The translations under genes and the position numbers were made by a program. Shown here piece by piece: positions 58,370 to 64,000 of a stretch of DNA of 64,000 bases (positions are counted from its first letter, which is position 1; each line of letters begins with the position of its first letter). Origin of the DNA: an uncultured Chloroflexia bacterium (GTDB lineage Bacteria; Chloroflexota; Anaerolineae; JAAYZQ01); NCBI GenBank assembly GCA_963700285.1, contig CAVOXA010000010.1, forward strand, positions 608,001 to 672,000. The letters run 5' to 3'. The notes beneath the pieces are model-generated. The model had not been told where the DNA came from. It saw only the letters and a program-made list of their open reading frames with translations, and made no database searches.

Positions 58370-58398
58370 ATTATATCATAGCCAAAAGCTATTGTCCA
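58370..58398 (-). promoter_or_regulatory. Sigma-70 promoter
   Basis: TGGACA-17-TATAAT, 10 nt upstream of the methyltransferase ATG. Confidence 0.65.
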
Positions 58399-58477
58399 GG
58401 TTCTGATTCCAGCTTTTGGGTTTCGGCTTGTTACAGCTCCCTGGCTCTGGTCGCCTATTTCTTTATGGACTTTGCTG

Positions 58478-59563
58478 CTATGCCGTGGCTTTGCTCACCA
58501 ACACACACAGCTCGGCTGTTTCTGAGACACACCGCGCCTCGGTCACGTCCTGCTCGGTGAACCTGGCCATCAAGATCTCCCGGTCGCCCGTGCGTGAGTA
58601 GTCGTAGATGATAAAGATCGTACCATCTGGCGCCTGGACCCCGTCCGGGTACGAAATGCCGACTCGCCCATCCAGTAACAATCCCCCATACCACATCTGC
58701 CCCTCATCCTCTGAGAGAAAGGCCATCAGGTCTTGGCGCTCTGTACGTTGGTCTATCGGGCCGTGCTTCACCAACAGTAGTCTGCCCGAAGCAAGGCGTC
58801 GAATGAAGAAACGAGCCGTCGGATGCTGGATAGGAGAGGGCTTCAATGGGCTCCATGTCCGGCCGCGGTCGGTGGAAGTACTCTCACCGAGGCCATAGGT
58901 TGTCCGGACAAGCATCCACAGTGTGCCATCCATCCGCTCGACGATCATATGTTCGTCAAAACTGCGTACCTCAACCGGGACATTGCACCCACCACGTACC
59001 CGCCAGGTCTGACCTCGGTCGGTCGAGACAACCACTTTGGCGCTATCGTCCGTTTCTCGCCACGTGGATGCCGGCAGGACCCATTCACCCGAGGAGAGGA
59101 CAATGGGTTTGCCCATCATGACCCCATCCGCGAGGCGTCGGGGTTCAGACCATTGCGACTCCTCGTCATCCGGCTTGTCGGTGGTCAAAGCCCATACCCC
59201 GGCAATGGTTCCCTCGTGACCAATCGCCTGGGCCCAGAATGCCCAAAGGCGTCCATCCGGATCCACCCACGCCTGAGGATCAAAAGCCCGTACCGGCCCA
59301 TCGCCGTCGGGGTCGATGATCAGCTTCTCTCCTGACCAGGTATGGCCATCGTCCCCGCTGGTTGCCAACGTTGCATAGTTAAAGTGGTCTTCCCTGGTTC
59401 CCTGACCTCCATACCAAATGGCCCACAAGCGCCCCCTCTGGCTGCGCGCCAGGCTCGGTATGCCCTGGAATCGCCGGGTAGCGCTACCATATTCCGGACC
59501 GGGCTTTGAGATCACCCAGGGTGGGTTGAGGTACAACGGCTGCGATGCTGCATGACCGGGCAT
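58478..59563 (-). CDS. Sialidase-like BNR/Asp-box beta-propeller
   Basis: FQGIP and Asp-boxes SGDDGHTW, STDRGQTW, STDRGRTW, SEDEGQMW; SYPD motif. Confidence 0.88.
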   Translation of the reverse strand: MPGHAASQPLYLNPPWVISKPGPEYGSATRRFQGIPSLARSQRGRLWAIWYGGQGTREDHFNYATLATSGDDGHTWSGEKLIIDPDGDGPVRAFDPQAWVDPDGRLWAFWAQAIGHEGTIAGVWALTTDKPDDEESQWSEPRRLADGVMMGKPIVLSSGEWVLPASTWRETDDSAKVVVSTDRGQTWRVRGGCNVPVEVRSFDEHMIVERMDGTLWMLVRTTYGLGESTSTDRGRTWSPLKPSPIQHPTARFFIRRLASGRLLLVKHGPIDQRTERQDLMAFLSEDEGQMWYGGLLLDGRVGISYPDGVQAPDGTIFIIYDYSRTGDREILMARFTEQDVTEARCVSETAELCVLVSKATA

Positions 59564-59937
59564 GAATCATTCCCCCCTTGGGCAGTAAGCCACTGCTCAG
59601 CTTGAGACTCGTGGTCGAAAAAGTGAATATCATCACCCTGATTGCATTCATGGATCAGTTCCCGGAATCTCTGGCTTTTGATCCCAGCCAAATCCGCAAC
59701 AATGGCTACCCTCACCTGATAGACCGATAGTTTATGAAACAAGGCGCCCGCAAGCCCGGAGCTAAGGTCAAAGAACTCGGGATGCAAGTGCTCTTCATCA
59801 AGCAGGATTCGGCTCGATTCAATGCCATAGCACTCGGCCAGCAGATCCAGCACATCTGCCTCGCTCGTGAGTATTCCGCTTTGGGGCACACATCTAACAT
59901 ACTCACCTGTCGGAGTCTGAACTACCTCTCCAATCAT
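59512..59937 (-). CDS. DUF4180 protein
   Basis: FFDLSSGLAGALFHKL, FRELIHECNQG, EAEQWL-like end. The C-terminal overlap with the next gene may be an artefact. Confidence 0.85.
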   Translation of the reverse strand: MIGEVVQTPTGEYVRCVPQSGILTSEADVLDLLAECYGIESSRILLDEEHLHPEFFDLSSGLAGALFHKLSVYQVRVAIVADLAGIKSQRFRELIHECNQGDDIHFFDHESQAEQWLTAQGGNDSCPVMQHRSRCTSTHPG

Positions 59938-60045
59938 GTCTGTCCTCTCTCGCCGTACAGCTAACGCTGTGGCCTTGTTCTCGGTTCAGGAGATGATTCG
60001 CCAGAGATTTGCTGGATCCGAGCTGGTCCGCTGGATCGCAGTTCC

Positions 60046-60897
60046 TCAGATCTCGACAAGAATATATTCATCATAATCACATTTGGGCCTGTATCCGATT
60101 TTCTGGTAGACGCGGGTCGCCGCTGCGTTGGACTGGTCCGCGAACAGCGCACAGTACTCCCAGCCTGCTCCGAGAAGCGTCCGGCTCAACGTGCTGACAC
60201 AGGCAGTCGCGTATCCCTGCCCTCGCAATTCCGGTGGGGTATAGACCAAGCTTATGCTGACGCCGTTTCTGGTGGGCCGAGTCTTCATGGCAATAGAAAC
60301 GGGTCTCTGCACCTCGAACAGGTAGATATCCCCATCCCCTATACGTGCTCTTGCCGCTCGCCGTGATTCTTCACGCTCTGCCTGGCCAAAGATCTCGCTG
60401 TGGAAGCCATACCACCACCGGACCACCAAGTCAGCATCTTGCTGCGTGGCCAGCCTCAGTTTTCCGGGTTCTGTCACCAGGTCGGGCGCCTCTCGCAGTT
60501 CATATACGATCTGCCGCCGCTCAAGGTCAAAACCGTTCCCGGTGACCTCCGCCCACCGCGCGGCAACTCCTCGCGCAACCTCGCTTGGCCCCATAACGCC
60601 AGCAGGCCGCCACCCTTCCCTGACCAGATCATCAACCAGAATCCTAGCAATGGCATCGAGATCACCTTGCTGAGCACAAACGACCAGCTTGTGGGGTGGA
60701 GTCATCACGACTGCCAACATAAGCCCATTTTCATCTTCTACCGTCTTCAGGCAAGGGCCTGCCTGGAACCATTCTGGATGTCGTACGAGTTGTCCACAGA
60801 TGCCCAGCATTAAGCTGTTGGCCGCTTCATTGGACTCGAGTTCCGTTTGCGTGTTCTTGAGGAAAAGCCTTGGGTCGGTGTAGGTCCAGACCTTCAT
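60046..60897 (-). CDS. GNAT-family acetyltransferase
   Basis: VYTPPELRGQGYAT, LFADQSN...VYQKIGY. Confidence 0.9.
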   Translation of the reverse strand: MKVWTYTDPRLFLKNTQTELESNEAANSLMLGICGQLVRHPEWFQAGPCLKTVEDENGLMLAVVMTPPHKLVVCAQQGDLDAIARILVDDLVREGWRPAGVMGPSEVARGVAARWAEVTGNGFDLERRQIVYELREAPDLVTEPGKLRLATQQDADLVVRWWYGFHSEIFGQAEREESRRAARARIGDGDIYLFEVQRPVSIAMKTRPTRNGVSISLVYTPPELRGQGYATACVSTLSRTLLGAGWEYCALFADQSNAAATRVYQKIGYRPKCDYDEYILVEI

Positions 60898-60924
60898 GCT
60901 CCGTCTGTCACTGCTTTCTGGTAC

Positions 60925-61641
60925 TCACCCTGACAGTCTGCCCAGGCGGTCTGCGATCTCGCGCAGGTGTTCCCACTCGTGCTCGAGCATGCGGCGCAAC
61001 ATCCGCCGGGCTGTCCAGGTGACCTGGCCGCGCTGAGTCATCTGCGTACGCTCCGCTTCAGTCATTGTCTGCAATCGCACCAATGTGATGCTCCATGCCT
61101 GTTCCAGGGCCGGTACGAGCCTCTCTGAATCCTCCCGTAGGGTTCGGAGGAAAGGGGGCAACTCGATGATCTTGCCCAAAGCCGCGCGCAGATAGGCATA
61201 TTGGGAGTCGGCAACGTGTGTCACGATGCGGTGGATGGACCAGCCGCCGGCGGCTGGTTCGGCCACCAGTTGTTTGTTCGGTAGGTTTCGAACCAGGTCC
61301 AGCAGGTCCGCCCGCAGCCAGCCCAGGCGCTGGACAAAGATTGCCTGCTCCGCAGTACTCAGAGGATCAAAATCGGGTCCAAAGCCAGGCGCTGGGTTTC
61401 CGTTGCCCAACCATGGGCCTTCCATGACGTGTTCAACCACGACTGTGGTGAGATCGTCCTCTGGCTGGATGTCCTGATCCTGTTCTTGCAGGAAGCGCAG
61501 GTAGGCGCGGATCGCCGCTGGCGTCACCTCCAGGGCAGCATCCGTCGTTGGTCCCTGAGCGATACAGCCCAGCAGATCCAGCACATGGACCATCGTCTTC
61601 TGCCGGCGTGGGCCAGATTCGAGGTAGAGACTATATCCCAT
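60925..61641 (-). CDS. HicB-like N-terminus plus DinB-family protein
   Basis: DLLGCIAQG, WSIHRIVTHVAD, WTARRMLRRMLEHEWEH. Confidence 0.75.
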   Translation of the reverse strand: MGYSLYLESGPRRQKTMVHVLDLLGCIAQGPTTDAALEVTPAAIRAYLRFLQEQDQDIQPEDDLTTVVVEHVMEGPWLGNGNPAPGFGPDFDPLSTAEQAIFVQRLGWLRADLLDLVRNLPNKQLVAEPAAGGWSIHRIVTHVADSQYAYLRAALGKIIELPPFLRTLREDSERLVPALEQAWSITLVRLQTMTEAERTQMTQRGQVTWTARRMLRRMLEHEWEHLREIADRLGRLSG

Positions 61642-63082
61642 TCGGTCCTCCAGAATCCGCTACCATCCTTCGTATCTCGCGCACCAGGCCTTTGATCTCA
61701 CCCAGACCTGTCGCCGGGTTTGTCAGCGTAAGACGCAGGTAACGCCGGTCGTTCAGCAAAGCTGACGATATGTAATAGTCGCCCAGGGCAAGTAGCCTGT
61801 CCCGCAGCGCCAGATGTCCAGCATCGACCCCCTTCAGGCCGAAGCAAAGGATGTTGGATTGCGGCTCCACCGGGCACTCGAAATCGGGCAAGCTCTGGAG
61901 ATAGCTATAGACTTTGGCCGTGAGATCAAACTGCCGCTCGATATACTCGGCCATCCCCGCTTCCCCCATAGCAGCCAAGACCATGAAGAACTTGAGCCCT
62001 AATACGGGCTTGGTACACTCGATCGTCCGGTGCAGAAAGTCAAAGCCAGGCTGCTCCTTGGGGTAAAAGAGGTAGCTGCCCTCCTGGGTGAAGGCGCCAT
62101 CGAGCATCCGGGCATCGCGTACCAGTAGGGCCGTGCAGAAGGCGGTGACGCGCATTAGCTTGTGCATGTTCATCGTAAGCGAATCTGCCAGCTCGATCCC
62201 CTGCATCAAATGCCGGTACTTTCTGGTCAGGATGGCCGGCCCTCCGTGGGCGCCGTCGACGTGGAACCACAGGTCTTGTTCCCGGCAAAATGCACCAATC
62301 TCCTGCAAGGGATCGTAGAGACCTACTGCCGTATTGCCCGCGTTCGCGATCAGTGCCACGGCCTGTTTTCCCTCAGCCTCGACCCGCGCGTATGCGGCCG
62401 GCAGTTGGTCTGGGATGATAACGCCGCGCTCGTCGATCTCCAGCGGGTAGACAGCCCGGTGCCCCATGCCCATGATGCCGGCCGCCCGGGCAATAGAGTA
62501 GTGCGCCTCAGCCGAGGCCAGTAGGACCAAATTGCCCGGGTTGCCCTCCTGCCAGACTTTGGGCGTGAGCCGTGTACGGGCAACGATCAAGGCCGTCAGG
62601 TTGGCCAAGGATCCGCCATGGGTCAGGATGCCTCCGCCACAGATCTCATCCGCCGCCTGCTGAGGGGGCGGAGGGGCAGGCGTCCAGCCCACCTTCTCCA
62701 ACAGCCAGTTGACGAGGAAATACTCGATAGACACCGAAGCCGGGCCGAATTCATAGATCGACCCATCACTGCTCACGAAATTGTCCACCAAGCCTGCCAG
62801 CGCTGCCATGTAGTGGGGAACAGCCTGCTGATGCGCAATGTTGGCCGGATGGTAAAAGCGCGTGATGGCTGACAGGTACTCATCCACAAACCTCGCCAGT
62901 TTTTCTCCCGACAAACCACCCTCGCTGACAAGCAAAGATAGCTCCATATCGGCTACCAGCTCGCTCATTGGCGGTTGGCGAATAACAGGGCCTTCGCCCG
63001 ACACAGATCTTTCATAGAAATCACTCAAGGCCTGGACAATGATCGCAACATCAGCCTCAAAAGTCTGCCCGGCTTCTGCCAT
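61631..63082 (-). CDS. Group II PLP-dependent decarboxylase
   Basis: THGGSLANLTAL, AHYSIARAA, WFHVDGAHGG, ADSLTMNMHK. Confidence 0.9.
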   Translation of the reverse strand: MAEAGQTFEADVAIIVQALSDFYERSVSGEGPVIRQPPMSELVADMELSLLVSEGGLSGEKLARFVDEYLSAITRFYHPANIAHQQAVPHYMAALAGLVDNFVSSDGSIYEFGPASVSIEYFLVNWLLEKVGWTPAPPPPQQAADEICGGGILTHGGSLANLTALIVARTRLTPKVWQEGNPGNLVLLASAEAHYSIARAAGIMGMGHRAVYPLEIDERGVIIPDQLPAAYARVEAEGKQAVALIANAGNTAVGLYDPLQEIGAFCREQDLWFHVDGAHGGPAILTRKYRHLMQGIELADSLTMNMHKLMRVTAFCTALLVRDARMLDGAFTQEGSYLFYPKEQPGFDFLHRTIECTKPVLGLKFFMVLAAMGEAGMAEYIERQFDLTAKVYSYLQSLPDFECPVEPQSNILCFGLKGVDAGHLALRDRLLALGDYYISSALLNDRRYLRLTLTNPATGLGEIKGLVREIRRMVADSGGPNGI

Positions 63083-63153
63083 TGTGTTCCTCTCTTAATC
63101 AGCATTCCTTCATTCACTCCCAATACTCCTGGCCGATGACCCGCAGGCCGGTA

Positions 63154-64000
63154 CTAATCAGCCAATCCGGCGTACTTGCACACAATCTCCAGTGCCCTTA
63201 CAAGGGACTTTGCTCCAAGCCTTACATATTCCTCAATGAGCTGGCCATTCTCGTCCAGCGTTCCAAGCCCAGGGCTGAGGAAAATCTTGCCGCTGTAGAT
63301 CGTCGCTGGCTCAACACCCATTTCTACCTGTGCGGAAACAATCGGATTGGTGTTGGCCCACAGATCTTCCAGGGTAAAGATAGGAATGCCAAAATCTCTG
63401 CCATCCCAGGTCCGTTCATAGTTCACTTCGGTGCCGCCGAGCTGGTAGGTCTTGGTAAATATCAACTGTTGTCGGAAGCGGCTGGGCTCCAGTGATTGAA
63501 ACTCTTCCACAATGATGTTGTGGTATTGATCGATGGGGTCCGTAACCAGCTCTGGCTGGTCTCGCAGGATCCGCAGATAGGCAAGTAGTCCAACCAGGGC
63601 GTCCCGCCCCGGGTCACTGTAGGTAAATACCGCTTTCCCGTGGGAGGAGACTTCACCATACCGTTGCCCGCCAAGGCCCATCCCCTTGCGAACAGGGTTG
63701 ATGGCTTCATCCTTGCCAATAATGAGCCCAGTTGCAGGCGCTCGCCCGGGCTTGTCCATGCTGTAGGTGATGATATCGCAGTCGATATGGCGGGGATCCA
63801 TCCCAATGAAGGGAATAGAGCCGCCGGTATCAACGATGTAGGGGACGTCAAAGTCCCTGGCAACTTTTCCCAGCATCTGCAACAAAACCGGCGTGCTGTT
63901 GCCATCCAACTCACCGTGCCCGTAACTTGGCGTATCGTAGCCGATGGCCGTTACGCCTGTCAGATAGGCACTATGGCGGTTGGCTACCTTTTGGATGTTC
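63154..64000 (-). CDS. PLP-dependent fold-type I protein, 5' end beyond the window
   Basis: Frame is open to the window edge; VPYIVDTGG and DIITYSMDKPG...GLIIGK PLP-lysine-like motif. Confidence 0.7.
   Translation of the reverse strand, partial: NIQKVANRHSAYLTGVTAIGYDTPSYGHGELDGNSTPVLLQMLGKVARDFDVPYIVDTGGSIPFIGMDPRHIDCDIITYSMDKPGRAPATGLIIGKDEAINPVRKGMGLGGQRYGEVSSHGKAVFTYSDPGRDALVGLLAYLRILRDQPELVTDPIDQYHNIIVEEFQSLEPSRFRQQLIFTKTYQLGGTEVNYERTWDGRDFGIPIFTLEDLWANTNPIVSAQVEMGVEPATIYSGKIFLSPGLGTLDENGQLIEEYVRLGAKSLVRALEIVCKYAGLAD

Overview
GC-rich bacterial DNA, probably Chloroflexota/Anaerolineae (inferred from gene content only). From left to right: (1) a secreted C39-like cysteine peptidase running off the left edge, murJ, selA and a DeCLIC-like pentameric ligand-gated ion channel; (2) a ~24 kb accessory block (9.4-33.5 kb) made of three tandem copies of a regulatory cassette. 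Each copy has a NarL-type response regulator or remnant, a phased CTATCCC-N2-GGGATAG operator array and a leaderless small receiver-like gene, and drives different cargo, mostly giant modular surface proteins, one with 24 Cys-rich 33-aa repeats; (3) small islands (mazEF, a MacB-like ABC system, gene fragments) delimited by extra copies of the metG 3' end; (4) metG, frameshifted several times, with a group IIC intron inserted just after the terminator of a structured leader; (5) a decayed inverted-repeat-bounded element carrying a sigma-70 region 2 fragment; (6) an uncharacterised GT2/radical SAM/pentaheme cytochrome c/DUF2079/DUF2064 operon converging on methyltransferase/radical SAM/NUDIX genes; (7) sialidase-like, GNAT, DinB-like and two PLP-enzyme genes. 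Many single-base frameshifts may be sequencing errors. All family calls come from motif recognition by eye, not database searches.
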